From assembly GCF_037902255.1 (NCBI RefSeq), contig NZ_CP147990.1, positions 180,001-212,000 on the forward strand: a DNA stretch of 32,000 nt. The letters run 5' to 3'. A program made the position numbers and the translations under genes. The number at the start of each line of letters is the position of its first letter. Position 1 is the stretch's first letter. The notes below the pieces were generated by a model. It saw nothing but the letters and a program-made list of their open reading frames with translations. It was not told the origin of the DNA and made no database searches. Below are positions 1 through 8,449 of the stretch, piece by piece. This DNA comes from Candidatus Electrothrix sp. GW3-4. Its GTDB lineage: Bacteria; Desulfobacterota; Desulfobulbia; Desulfobulbales; Desulfobulbaceae.

Positions 1-1202
1 AAGAGAAAAGCGCCAGCCAGGCCAGTTATGATGATGATACCGAGCTCTGCCCCTGTATTCCAGTGGGGGCGGCGCAGGAAATTTTCAGTGAGGATATTGT
101 CGACAACATTGGCGTGAAATTCAACACCTGGGAAAACATAATCGCCCGGTATGTGGTGTAGATCGTTCAATCCAGTTGCTGATGGACCGATAAATACAAT
201 TTTGTTCGTAAATTTTTTTGCAGGGACATCGCCGTTGAGCAGATCGGCCGCTGAGGTATAATCAAATGGTCGCTTGGAGGAGCCAGCCAAACCTCTGAAG
301 TTAACAGCGAGATTTCCTCTTTCATCCAGAGGAATGAACCGGTTGTCCAGGATAAGGCCCGAGGGACCATATTGGGAGATTTTGAACAGTATCGTTTGAG
401 GCTGTAATGCTGCGATCAGGGTGGCGAGGGAGAGGTGGGGGTATATTTGGCCCTGATATTTCATGAGCAAAGGGGCTTTGCGTAAGATTCCGTCGGAGTC
501 GGGTTCCACATTGATAAAACCGTTCATGGTGATCGCATTGCCGAAGATAGGCAGGTTGCAGATAACATGCTTTGCTTGTCCAAGTTCTTCTTGATCTTCG
601 GAGATATTGCCAACGAATTGGGTGGCGATGTTTAACGGGTGAATAATGCAGTTATGCTCGGATGATTGTTCGTCAGGGGAAAAGGAGAGGCTGGTGACAA
701 CGTTTCCTCTTCTCAGGGCATTGGCCAACAGGGCATCATTATTCCAAAGATACTGAGGTAATTTTTGTTCTTCGGCAATGTTGATGTCGAAATGGGTTTC
801 AATGTTTTGATAAATTTCGTTTAAGGATGTTCTGTCGGGCTCGGGAAACATGATGTCCACGCCCACAGCAAGTGGCTTGTCCTGTTCGATTTTTTTCAGG
901 AGTGCGGCAATAAGAAACCTCGGCCAAGGCCATTGTCCGTATTCGTTGAGAGATTTTTCATCAATAGCAACAATCAATGGAGCGTCGTCACTTGCTGGCG
1001 AAGAACTTGATAAGAGGTAGTAGTCATAGAATTTCAGGTTAATTCCGCTGAGTATAGGGGGGGGCAAGAAACTGAGAACAGCAATGATTGAAGTCGTCAG
1101 TATGGCGACTATCAGCGGTAATAATACCTCGGCCCGTTTTTTAGCCCTGGCTGAGACCTGGGGGGGCGGTAGTTGATCGCCGAGGACTGGAGAGATGTTC
1201 AT
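1..1202 (-). CDS. CHASE2-domain membrane sensor, N-terminal part only (the gene continues past the left window edge; the output domain is not visible)
   Basis: Absent from the ORF track because it has no stop in the window. My hand translation of the minus strand from ATG (rc of 1200-1202) is open all the way to position 1. It reads MNISPVLGDQLPPPQVSARAKKRAEVLLPLIVAILTTSIIAVLSF..., giving an N-terminal TM. It continues PLIVAIDEKSLNEYGQWPWPRFLIAALLKKIEQDKPLAVGVDIMFPEPD ... GFINVEPDSDGILRKAPLL ... KIVFIGPSATGLNDLHHIP, which is a typical CHASE2 motif pattern. Confidence 0.8.
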   Translation of the reverse strand, partial: MNISPVLGDQLPPPQVSARAKKRAEVLLPLIVAILTTSIIAVLSFLPPPILSGINLKFYDYYLLSSSSPASDDAPLIVAIDEKSLNEYGQWPWPRFLIAALLKKIEQDKPLAVGVDIMFPEPDRTSLNEIYQNIETHFDINIAEEQKLPQYLWNNDALLANALRRGNVVTSLSFSPDEQSSEHNCIIHPLNIATQFVGNISEDQEELGQAKHVICNLPIFGNAITMNGFINVEPDSDGILRKAPLLMKYQGQIYPHLSLATLIAALQPQTILFKISQYGPSGLILDNRFIPLDERGNLAVNFRGLAGSSKRPFDYTSAADLLNGDVPAKKFTNKIVFIGPSATGLNDLHHIPGDYVFPGVEFHANVVDNILTENFLRRPHWNTGAELGIIIITGLAGAFL

Positions 1203-1265
1203 CCTATTGCTTGTTGCGTTGACGCGAGTTTTGAGAAAAGCGAGAAGGTTAAAGGCGGCACTCCC

Positions 1266-1907
1266 TTATCGGATCAAGATTTCCACTCTTCTGTTCTTGG
1301 GTTCTGCAACATCGTCTGCCGTTGGGATCATGGGGTCATTTTCGCCGTGGGAAGAAATCTCCAGGAGTTTGCGAGGTGCTCCAATGGCAAGAAGTTGATT
1401 TTTCACCTGGATGGCTCGCTGTAAGGCAAGCGCGAGATTGTATTCACTGGCTGCCTTTGTATCCGAATGGCCAATGATGGCGATTTCGCAGGGAAGGCGT
1501 TCTTTTATTTTTTTCAGGATGAGCGGAAGTTTTTTTTCGGACTCCTTGGTCAATTGTGTTGTCCCGGAAGAAAAAAAGAGAATAAATTGGTCTGAAGTGC
1601 CTGGGATCGCCTGCAGGGTGTCATGAAATTTCGCCTGGATGTCTTGTTCTGAAAGGATCTTGGTGCGCGTAGGTATATGGGTGCTCGTTATTTGAGCAGA
1701 CTCGTTTGCCCTGGAGAGGGTTGTTGAGCCTGCTCTGTTGGAGATGGTGATTTCGCCTACCTTTCCATCTTGGTCAGGAATGAGGACGAAGAGATCCCTT
1801 GGCTCAGATGGAGAGTACGTCGGTTCAATGGTTTTGTTTTGGTTTGCACAACCAAATAACAGGGTCGCACTCAAGACAGCGGGCAGGAGAAAAGAAAGTT
1901 TATGCAT
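1266..1907 (-). CDS. OmpA/MotB-like peptidoglycan-binding lipoprotein
   Basis: 213 aa ORF. Signal peptide with lipobox (LLFGC). The C-terminus IAIIGHSDTKAASEYNLALALQRAIQVKNQL...NRRVEILI matches the OmpA_C-like signature. An AAGGA sits about 9 nt upstream of the ATG. Confidence 0.8.
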   Translation of the reverse strand: MHKLSFLLPAVLSATLLFGCANQNKTIEPTYSPSEPRDLFVLIPDQDGKVGEITISNRAGSTTLSRANESAQITSTHIPTRTKILSEQDIQAKFHDTLQAIPGTSDQFILFFSSGTTQLTKESEKKLPLILKKIKERLPCEIAIIGHSDTKAASEYNLALALQRAIQVKNQLLAIGAPRKLLEISSHGENDPMIPTADDVAEPKNRRVEILIR

Positions 1908-1937
1908 CGAAAGATCCTTTTGAGTTCCTCTATGAAC

Positions 1938-2390
1938 CTATTTTTTTGGAGAGGCCTTGACCAAAAAGCTTGTGCCTCTGACACCGACAACTGCGGTCGG
2001 CGTCTTAAACTTCACGGATTTAGGCGAGAGTTTTCCGATGGAGCCAGAAATATAGGAGGCTGTCCCCTGAATCAGTTCAGTCAGAAAGGAAAAAGTTCCT
2101 TTGTCCGGTTGAAAAACATACTCGTTAATATTAATCTCACTCTTTGATCCGAGAGATATTCTGGTGTTATCTGTGAAGATAACGCCTAAAGAACCATTTG
2201 CTCCTGTGACGAGTTTATCGCCCATTTTGACCCGGATACCATCTTTTGCGATGATTTGTTGACCATCTCGGATAATGGTCCCTGATCCGCTTACCTTTCT
2301 TAGCCCTCCGACAAACTCCTGAGCAAAGGCTGACGGTGGTACGAACAGTAAAACGGCAAGAAGTGAGAGGGTAATTTTTTTTCTCAACAT
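1938..2390 (-). CDS. FecR-domain periplasmic protein
   Basis: The ORF track gives 1938..2477. I prefer the internal ATG at 2390 (MLRKKITLSLLAVLLFVPPSAFAQE, a signal peptide), which is preceded by TAAGGAG. The body GSGTIIRDGQQIIAKDGIRVKMGDKLVTGANGSLGVIFTDNTRISLG is FecR-like. It lies 30 nt upstream of the OmpA-like gene on the same strand. Confidence 0.75.
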   Translation of the reverse strand: MLRKKITLSLLAVLLFVPPSAFAQEFVGGLRKVSGSGTIIRDGQQIIAKDGIRVKMGDKLVTGANGSLGVIFTDNTRISLGSKSEININEYVFQPDKGTFSFLTELIQGTASYISGSIGKLSPKSVKFKTPTAVVGVRGTSFLVKASPKK

Positions 2391-2819
2391 GGTGCGCTCC
2401 TTATGGTGAGAGATATCAGGTGTACGATAACGGGGGACACTCTTATTGTGCTTGACGTTGTCGTCTGTCTTTGCCAAGCAGCTCCGTTGCAGGGGAAGTA
2501 ACTTGAAGCAGAGAATGAAGAAACTTTATAAAGGGTATAAAAAATATCACTCTGTTAAAATTTTTATATTTATATAATATATTTAATCAAAAAAAGACTA
2601 ATCTCTCAATATATATATTTTGGGGAAAGTTGAAAGGTAAAAATGAATAGAAGGGGAATAAAAGTGAAAACAGTGAGGTGGCTTTTTTTATTCTCTCGGA
2701 GGAGTTTAGAGGTGAGGTAACGTTTTTTTGGGAACGAAAGGATGGGGTAAGAAGATCGGGCAATTTTTTCTGGTATACGTTCTGGATAGATTTTTCGTAC
2801 GAGACGTGGGGTATTGCCT

Positions 2820-3380
2820 CTAGCGGCATGTTTTTTCGTCAGTGAGCCGTGCTTTTGCGGATGGTGAAAATCGCAGATTTGCATTGCCACAGAAACGCAG
2901 AATGTCTTCGCGATAGCGGGGCCAGTCCAAGCCCCAGGGATCGGTTTTGCGGCCCGGGGCAACATCACAATGCCCGTATATATATTGAAGGGGATGCCGG
3001 GAGAGGATCTCCTTGGTCAGGAGCGCTAAGGCCTGATACTGAGCCTCGGTGAAATCGGTATCTTCGCTGCTGATGAGTTCTATGCCGATGCTGAAATCAT
3101 TTACCCCTTCTCGTCCATCCTCAGGCATTGTGCTGATACCGGCATGCCAGGCCTTTTTCTCCTCAGAGACCAATTGCCAGACAGTACCGTTGAGGTCGAT
3201 CAGATAATGCGACGAAACACCATGTTTGTCCAGACATTCCTTGCAGGACAGGGCGAAAAAACGGTTTTTCGCTTCTGGGTTATGCATGGAGTGGATGATC
3301 AGGGTGTCGATTACTGTCCCTGCCGGTCGATCCTCAAATTGGTTGCTCGGTAGGAGGCGGATTGGTATCTTTGCTGACAT
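2820..3380 (-). CDS. ampD: N-acetylmuramoyl-L-alanine amidase, amidase_2 family (AmpD-like)
   Basis: 186 aa. Motifs: IDTLIIHSM..., SSHYLIDLNGTVWQLV...KAWHAGIS, SIGIELI...FTEAQYQALALL, GHCDVAPGRKTDPWGLDW. GAGGAA lies upstream of the ATG. Confidence 0.75.
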   Translation of the reverse strand: MSAKIPIRLLPSNQFEDRPAGTVIDTLIIHSMHNPEAKNRFFALSCKECLDKHGVSSHYLIDLNGTVWQLVSEEKKAWHAGISTMPEDGREGVNDFSIGIELISSEDTDFTEAQYQALALLTKEILSRHPLQYIYGHCDVAPGRKTDPWGLDWPRYREDILRFCGNANLRFSPSAKARLTDEKTCR

Positions 3381-3591
3381 CTATTTCCTCGTTCTGTCAG
3401 GAAGCTGATGGAGTTATATAAGATGCGATTGTTCTATGGCGCTGGTCCTGCAGGTTGAGCATCATGTGAGAATACCTTGATTGCAGGCAGAGGTAAAGGG
3501 GGAAGAAAAACAGGGTACTGGATGGCTCAGGGTCATGCCTTTGGAAAAATAATGGGAAGTTGTACTGAGATATTGGTATAGTGACAAATAT

Positions 3592-5091
3592 ATGGAACAT
3601 TCAAGTCAATATACCTTTACCGTTGCAGAGATAGCAACTTTGTTGCCGGACGATCTGCTGGAACAACTGGCTGCCGTACATCGGGAACTCGGCGGCGAGG
3701 TCTATTTGGTGGGTGGCTCGGTTCGGGATCTTCTCTTGGGCAGATCGCCCGGCGATCTTGACCTGACCGTAGCTCGCGATGCGGAGCAATGGGCGGAGCG
3801 CTTACGGACGCTCACTGGCGGCACCTATGTGGAGTTGGGCCGGGAGGAAGATGCGGCCCGGGTGGTGCTTCGGCAGGGCCTGGATGTGGATTTTTCCTCT
3901 TTTCGGGCCGGAGCCAAGTCTATAGCGGAAGATCTAGAGCAGCGGGATATCACCGTGAACGCCTTGGCTGTCCCGATGCATGATATGCTGGCAGGGCCTT
4001 GTCAGGAGCAGGATCAGCTCTCCATTATTGATTCGACTGGCGGCCTTCGCGATCTGGAGCAGCAGCGGATCAGCGTAGTGAGTAAAAAGAGTTTTTCTGA
4101 CGATCCCTTGCGGATGTTGCGGGTCTTTCGTTTTGCCGCCGTTCTTGGCTTTACAGTAGAGCCAGCGACCTTGGCGCAGATTCAGCAGCAGCAAGAAATT
4201 ATCGAACGGGTCGCCAAGGAACGGGTGGCCTATGAGCTGGACCTGATTATGGCCTCATCTAGGGCGTATCAGGCCTTTTCCGCGATGCGTGCCTGTGGCC
4301 TGCTCTGGCAGATCCTGCCGGAGCTGCGGGCAGGGCAAGGTATGGAGCAGCCTGCCAGTCATCACCTGGATGTCTTTGAACACTGCCTAGAGGCCCTGGG
4401 CCAGATGGAACAGGTGCTGGCAGGGCTTGCTCGTTATTTTCCTGATGTCTCCCCAGTCATGGAGGAGTATCTGCGGGTCAGGCGTCGCAGGGTGCAGATG
4501 AAGTGGGCTGCTCTGCTTCATGATGTGGGCAAGCCGTTCACCTACGGGATTAACGAGGATAAAGGCGGGCGTATCACCTTTTATAACCATGATCTGCGCG
4601 GGGCAGATATCCTGACTGAGATCGCTCGGCGACTGCGTTGGGCCAAAGAGGATACTGCGCTGATCGCCCGCCTGATTGCTGGCCATATGCGTCCTTTTTT
4701 TCTCGCCAATAATCAACGACAGGGAAAACTTACCCTCAAAGCCTGTCTGCGTTTGCTCAGAAAGATCGGAGAACACCTGCCAGGTCTGTTCCTGCTGGCC
4801 ATGTCCGATGCCCTGGCCGGAAAAGGGGAGGCCAGCCCAGAGGATATTGAGCAGGAGGTGGCTGGGCTCTTTGCCCGGCTGCTCCGGGTTGAAGAGGAAC
4901 ATGTGGCCCCGGTGCGCACGGCTCCGCCCCTGATCACGGGCCGGGATTTGATTGAAGAACTTCAGCTCACGCCCGGCCCCTTGTTCCGGACAATTCTGGA
5001 GCAGGTGGAAGAGGCCCATATGGAACACCAGATTAGTACCCGCGCCGAGGCCTTGGCCTTGGCAGCCTCAGTAGCGGAAAAAAGGATTTGA
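3592..5091 (+). CDS. cca: tRNA nucleotidyltransferase (CCA-adding)/poly(A) polymerase family protein with HD domain
   Basis: 499 aa. Nucleotidyltransferase head YLVGGSVRDLLLGRSPGDLDLTV, then RDITVNALA, DPLRMLRVFRFAA, and an HD region LLHDVGKP. Confidence 0.8.
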   Translation: MEHSSQYTFTVAEIATLLPDDLLEQLAAVHRELGGEVYLVGGSVRDLLLGRSPGDLDLTVARDAEQWAERLRTLTGGTYVELGREEDAARVVLRQGLDVDFSSFRAGAKSIAEDLEQRDITVNALAVPMHDMLAGPCQEQDQLSIIDSTGGLRDLEQQRISVVSKKSFSDDPLRMLRVFRFAAVLGFTVEPATLAQIQQQQEIIERVAKERVAYELDLIMASSRAYQAFSAMRACGLLWQILPELRAGQGMEQPASHHLDVFEHCLEALGQMEQVLAGLARYFPDVSPVMEEYLRVRRRRVQMKWAALLHDVGKPFTYGINEDKGGRITFYNHDLRGADILTEIARRLRWAKEDTALIARLIAGHMRPFFLANNQRQGKLTLKACLRLLRKIGEHLPGLFLLAMSDALAGKGEASPEDIEQEVAGLFARLLRVEEEHVAPVRTAPPLITGRDLIEELQLTPGPLFRTILEQVEEAHMEHQISTRAEALALAASVAEKRI

Positions 5092-5120
5092 TAATCTGAA
5101 CACACTCATCTTGAATCACT

Positions 5121-5717
5121 ATGCGAAAAGAACAGGATTTTTATTTTCATAAGGCGAAAAAAGACAATTATCCGGCCCGTTCGGTGTACAAGCTGGAAGA
5201 GGCACAGCAGAAGTATAAGTTTCTCAAGAAAAAACAACGGGTGCTGGACCTGGGCTGCCATCCGGGCAGCTGGAGTCTCTACGCCGCCAAGGTGGTCGGG
5301 GAAAAAGGGGCGGTTGTCGGGGTTGATCTCCAGCATACCGATATTCCCACCCCAAAAGATCATGCCGAAATTCACTGGCTCTGTTATGATGTCTACACCG
5401 ATGAACTGATCACTGAGCTGCGCAAGATCTGGCCTGGTTTTCATGTTCTGATCAGTGACATGGCTCCCCGGACCACAGGGAATCAGTTTTCCGATCATCA
5501 GCACTCCCTACGTCTCTGCCGTCGGGCCCTGGAGATTGCCGGGCTGATGCTGCATGAAAACGGCAGCTTTTACTGCAAGGTCTTTCAGGGGGCAGATTTT
5601 CCTGAATTTCAGCAGGAATGCAAACAGCGTTTTAATACGATCAAGGTGGTCAAACCGCAGAGTTCCCGCAATGAGAGCCGGGAGGTTTTTCTGCTGGGGC
5701 GGGGGTTTAAGCGGTAG
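5121..5717 (+). CDS. rlmE: 23S rRNA (uridine-2'-O)-methyltransferase RlmE/FtsJ
   Basis: 198 aa. YPARSVYKLEE..., SAM motif VLDLGCHPGSWS, VLISDMAP...G, and KVFQG are typical FtsJ motifs. Confidence 0.85.
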   Translation: MRKEQDFYFHKAKKDNYPARSVYKLEEAQQKYKFLKKKQRVLDLGCHPGSWSLYAAKVVGEKGAVVGVDLQHTDIPTPKDHAEIHWLCYDVYTDELITELRKIWPGFHVLISDMAPRTTGNQFSDHQHSLRLCRRALEIAGLMLHENGSFYCKVFQGADFPEFQQECKQRFNTIKVVKPQSSRNESREVFLLGRGFKR

Positions 5718-5737
5718 TTTTTTTAAGTAGGGTAACT

Positions 5738-5765
5738 ACCGGCAAAGGCCGGTTCGATTTTTATA
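5738..5765 (+). terminator. Candidate weak intrinsic terminator after rlmE
   Basis: ACCGGC (5738-5743) pairs with GCCGGT (5748-5753) around an AAAG loop, followed by TCGATTTTTA. The T-run is not directly adjacent to the stem. Confidence 0.35.
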
Positions 5766-5797
5766 CATGATTTAACCGTAACGAGGGAGAGGTAACC

Positions 5798-6547
5798 GTG
5801 TCAGGACATTCAAAGTGGAGCACCATTAAGAGGAAAAAAGGTGCCAATGATGCAAAACGAGGCAAGATTTTCACTAAGCTGATCAAGGAGATCACCGTGG
5901 CCGCCAAGATGGGCGGCGGCGACCCGGACGGCAATCCCAGGCTGCGCAGTGCCATTAACGCTGCCAAGGCCGAAAATATGCCCAAGGATAATATCGATCG
6001 GGCGATCAAGAAGGGGACCGGTGATCTGGATGGCGCGGTCTACGAAGAGATCCTCTACGAGGGCTATGGGCCTGCCGGGGTGGCGGTCCTGGTGGAGACC
6101 ATGACCGATAATAAAAATCGTACAGTCGCGGATATTCGTCATTATTTTGCTAAGAGCAACGGCAATCTGGGTGAGTCGGGTTGTGTGGCCTGGATGTTCG
6201 ATAAGCGTGGGGTCATCACGGTGGATGGCCAAGGCGTGGATGAAGAAGAGCTGATGGAGCTGGCCATTGAGGCCGGTGCCGAAGACGTGGTTGAGGAGGA
6301 AAGCAGTTTCCAGATCTATACTACGCCAGAGGATTTCAACGATGTGGTTGAGGCCCTGGAAAAGGCCGAGGTCAAGATGGAGGAGGCCTCTATCTCCATG
6401 GTGCCGCAGAATACCGTGGAAGTGGCTGAAGAAAAACCGGCCAAGAACCTGCTGACCCTGCTGGATAACCTGGAAGACCACGATGATGTCCAGAAGGTGC
6501 ATGCCAACTTTGATATCCCGGATGAGATCATCGAGGCCCTGTCATAG
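5798..6547 (+). CDS. yebC: YebC/PmpR family DNA-binding transcriptional regulator
   Basis: 249 aa with a GTG start preceded by GGGAGAGG. The N-terminus [48 protein letters not shown] is the hallmark YebC sequence. Confidence 0.9.
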   Translation: MSGHSKWSTIKRKKGANDAKRGKIFTKLIKEITVAAKMGGGDPDGNPRLRSAINAAKAENMPKDNIDRAIKKGTGDLDGAVYEEILYEGYGPAGVAVLVETMTDNKNRTVADIRHYFAKSNGNLGESGCVAWMFDKRGVITVDGQGVDEEELMELAIEAGAEDVVEEESSFQIYTTPEDFNDVVEALEKAEVKMEEASISMVPQNTVEVAEEKPAKNLLTLLDNLEDHDDVQKVHANFDIPDEIIEALS

Positions 6548-6588
6548 ACAGGTTCCGGCCCCATTACCGGCAGGGCGAGCCGGTACGG

Positions 6589-7056
6589 ATCATTGGCATT
6601 GACCCTGGTTCCCGGATCACTGGTTACGGCATTATCGATAAGCAGGGGGCGGGGCTCGGCTTTGTCACCTGCGGGACCATCCGCACGGGTACGGAAAGGG
6701 ATTTTTCCCGGCGTCTGCTGATCATCTTTGATGGACTCTCCGAAGTCATGGAAGGGCATAAGCCGGAGGTCGCAGCGGTGGAAGACCTGTTTTCCGCCCA
6801 TAATGTGCGCTCGGCCCTTAAGCTGGGTCAGGCCAGAGGTGCGGCCGTGACTGCGGCCGTGAAACAGGGGCTGTCAGTGCATGATTACACGCCCCGGGTG
6901 GTCAAGCAGGCCGTGGCTGGCTACGGGCAGGCGGAGAAGGAGCAGGTGCAGCACATGGTGCGGACCCTGCTCGGTCTCAGCGGGGCACCGAGCAGCGATG
7001 CCGCTGATGCCCTGGCTGTGGCTATCTGTCATGCCAATCATATGGATCGATTATAG
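6589..7056 (+). CDS. ruvC: Crossover junction endodeoxyribonuclease RuvC (start codon unresolved)
   Basis: The frame is open from 6526. It encodes ..VRIIGIDPGSRITGYGIIDKQG...AAVEDLF...DAADALAVAICHANH. The ORF track starts only at ATG 6748, which would delete the catalytic GIDPGS Asp. No in-frame ATG/GTG/TTG lies between 6526 and 6747. 6589 is an ATC codon and is given only as a provisional start. Confidence 0.7.
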   Translation: MIGIDPGSRITGYGIIDKQGAGLGFVTCGTIRTGTERDFSRRLLIIFDGLSEVMEGHKPEVAAVEDLFSAHNVRSALKLGQARGAAVTAAVKQGLSVHDYTPRVVKQAVAGYGQAEKEQVQHMVRTLLGLSGAPSSDAADALAVAICHANHMDRL

Positions 7057-7080
7057 TTCTTCACTGGCAGGAGATGATTG

Positions 7081-7536
7081 ATGGAAAAAGTACGGCGCAA
7101 TCTAGCAATCTATCTCCCGCTGATTGCAATCATCATCGCGCTCGGCCTGCCAGCCCGCCTTATCCCGCAATACCTGCCGGGTTGGTATGTTACCTATGCC
7201 GGTGATTTTCTCTGGGCCATGCTGGTCTTTTTTCTCTACGCCCTCCTGTTTCGCCTCTCCACGAAATTTTGTTTCTGCATTGCGCTGATCACTGCGTACC
7301 TCATCGAGATCTCCCAACTCTTTCATCCGCTCTGGCTGGACCAGCTCCGTTCCATCCGCCTGCTCGGTTTTGTTCTCGGCTTCGGCTTCCGCTGGTCCGA
7401 CCTGATTGCCTATACCCTGGGAATTGCCCTGGCGGCATTACTTGACCGAATGCTCCTGGTGCGGACAGGGGAGGGGGCCTGGGGGCTTGATGATAAGGTG
7501 GAACCGCTTCCGAGAGAGGATGAAGGTGTCCGGTGA
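7081..7536 (+). CDS. DUF2809-like small integral membrane protein
   Basis: The track ORF starts at TTG 7078. ATG 7081 has AGGAG 8 nt upstream. It has 4 predicted TM segments. The pattern YAGDFLWAMLVF...EISQLFHPLWLD...LGFVLGFGFRWSDLIAYTLGIALAALLDR matches my memory of the DUF2809 family. Confidence 0.6.
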   Translation: MEKVRRNLAIYLPLIAIIIALGLPARLIPQYLPGWYVTYAGDFLWAMLVFFLYALLFRLSTKFCFCIALITAYLIEISQLFHPLWLDQLRSIRLLGFVLGFGFRWSDLIAYTLGIALAALLDRMLLVRTGEGAWGLDDKVEPLPREDEGVR

Positions 7537-7547
7537 GCGGTCGAAGC

Positions 7548-7654
7548 ATACTCGGGATAGCTTGAAACATACCGAAGGATACCTTGAACCATACCCGAAG
7601 ATACCCTGAACCCTACTTGGGATAGGTCGGAGCTATTCCGAGAGCGATTGAAGC
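7548..7654. repeat. About five degenerate tandem repeats of 21-22 nt (two ATAC-type half sites per unit)
   Basis: Units: ATACTCGGGATAGCTTGAAAC / ATACCGAAGGATACCTTGAACC / ATACCCGAAGATACCCTGAACC / CTACTTGGGATAGGTCGGAGC / TATTCCGAGAGCGATTGAAGC. ATAC/ATAG start at 7548, 7557, 7569, 7579, 7591, 7601, 7622, alternating about 10 and 12 nt apart. Unit lengths of 21 and 22 are not frame-preserving. Confidence 0.7.
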
Positions 7655-7720
7655 ATATTGATTTATCGATCGAACGATTGCGAAAAAGATGAGATTGAGT
7701 GTGGAGGAAGTCTCGAGGTG

Positions 7721-8425
7721 ATGACAGGAGCAGAGAGAAAAATGGGCAAAGTATTTTTAATGTCAGGCGCGATTGGCATAATTGTTGGCGCTGCTATTTC
7801 TATGTATGGGCGTTTTTCGGGTTATCCTGTCACTGTTACGAGTGGCTTTGCTAGTGGTGCCGGGATTGCGGCTGCTCTTCTTGTTTTTGACATGAAGTTA
7901 GGAGCTAATGAGGCGACTAGAAAAGTTGAGGACGCAGAGAGAAAGGCCTATGAGATTGACTCTGAAAGTTCGGATGATATTGCCATTGGCAGACTTTTTA
8001 ATCTTTATAGCAAGCAGATCGAGAAATATCAGCAGGAAACACGTAGTCGTGCGACTTGGTCATTCATTTTTGCTATTCTATCTATGTGTGCCGGTATGGC
8101 TTTTATGTTTTGGGGTGGTCAAGTTGTTCTTTCCGCAGGCGGCGCCAATCACGTTGCTGCAGGCGCAGCCATTTCCGCCATCGGCGGTGGTATCAGCGCA
8201 TATATCACCAAAACTTTCCTGGACGTTCATAAACTTTCGTTGACCCAGCTCAACCGTTACTTCACTCAGCCAGTGATCAACGATCATATTGTGATGGCGC
8301 AGCGCTTGGCCGAAGACGTGAAAGACGACGAGGTACGCAAGAAGTCCTATGAAAAGATCGTCTCCAGCGTTACATCTCTCATCGATTCGACCAATGCCGA
8401 GTTGAACAAAGGTCGTTTAAAATAA
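7721..8425 (+). CDS. Hypothetical 4-TM membrane protein with a Gly/Ala-rich 2-TM hairpin module and helical linker/tail
   Basis: The track ORF is 7658..8425, with alternative in-frame ATGs at 7721 and 7742, so the start is uncertain. TM1-2 are VFLMSGAIGIIVGAAISMYG and GFASGAGIAAALLVF. A charged helix follows, then IEKYQQETRSRATWSFIFAILSMCAGMAFMFWGG...AAGAAISAIGGGISAYITKTFL. It is visibly more AT/T3-rich than the flanking ruvC and recC. Confidence 0.6.
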   Translation: MTGAERKMGKVFLMSGAIGIIVGAAISMYGRFSGYPVTVTSGFASGAGIAAALLVFDMKLGANEATRKVEDAERKAYEIDSESSDDIAIGRLFNLYSKQIEKYQQETRSRATWSFIFAILSMCAGMAFMFWGGQVVLSAGGANHVAAGAAISAIGGGISAYITKTFLDVHKLSLTQLNRYFTQPVINDHIVMAQRLAEDVKDDEVRKKSYEKIVSSVTSLIDSTNAELNKGRLK

Positions 8426-8449
8426 TAGAGAGTTATCTAGGAGCCCCCT

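Noticed and set aside
167-370. 67-aa minus-strand ORF from the track
   Set aside because: It lies in a different frame inside the long open CHASE2 reading frame (1..1202, minus). That frame has clear family motifs, while this ORF has none.
2391-2819. Search for a sigma-54 promoter, riboswitch or sRNA in the AT-rich 430-bp leader
   Set aside because: There is a TGGCA near 2470 on the minus strand, but no properly spaced TTGC element. I could identify no convincing conserved structure by eye.
4387-5028. 213-aa ORF antisense to the cca-like gene
   Set aside because: It is a shadow ORF. The plus-strand frame carries the nucleotidyltransferase and HD motifs.
5748-5760. GGTTCGATT, which resembles a tRNA T-loop
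   Set aside because: There is no complementary T-stem, acceptor stem or anticodon arm around it. It is the 3' arm and tail of the rlmE terminator-like hairpin.
5810-6502. 230-aa ORF antisense to yebC
   Set aside because: It is a shadow ORF opposite a gene with an unmistakable YebC sequence. The translation is low-complexity and His/Leu/Gly-rich with no motifs.
7548-7654. Possibility that the 21-22 nt repeats here, or the 21-nt array at 21808-22059, are CRISPR arrays
   Set aside because: The units are contiguous with no unique spacers, are degenerate rather than near-identical, and are shorter than typical CRISPR repeats. There are no cas genes in the window.
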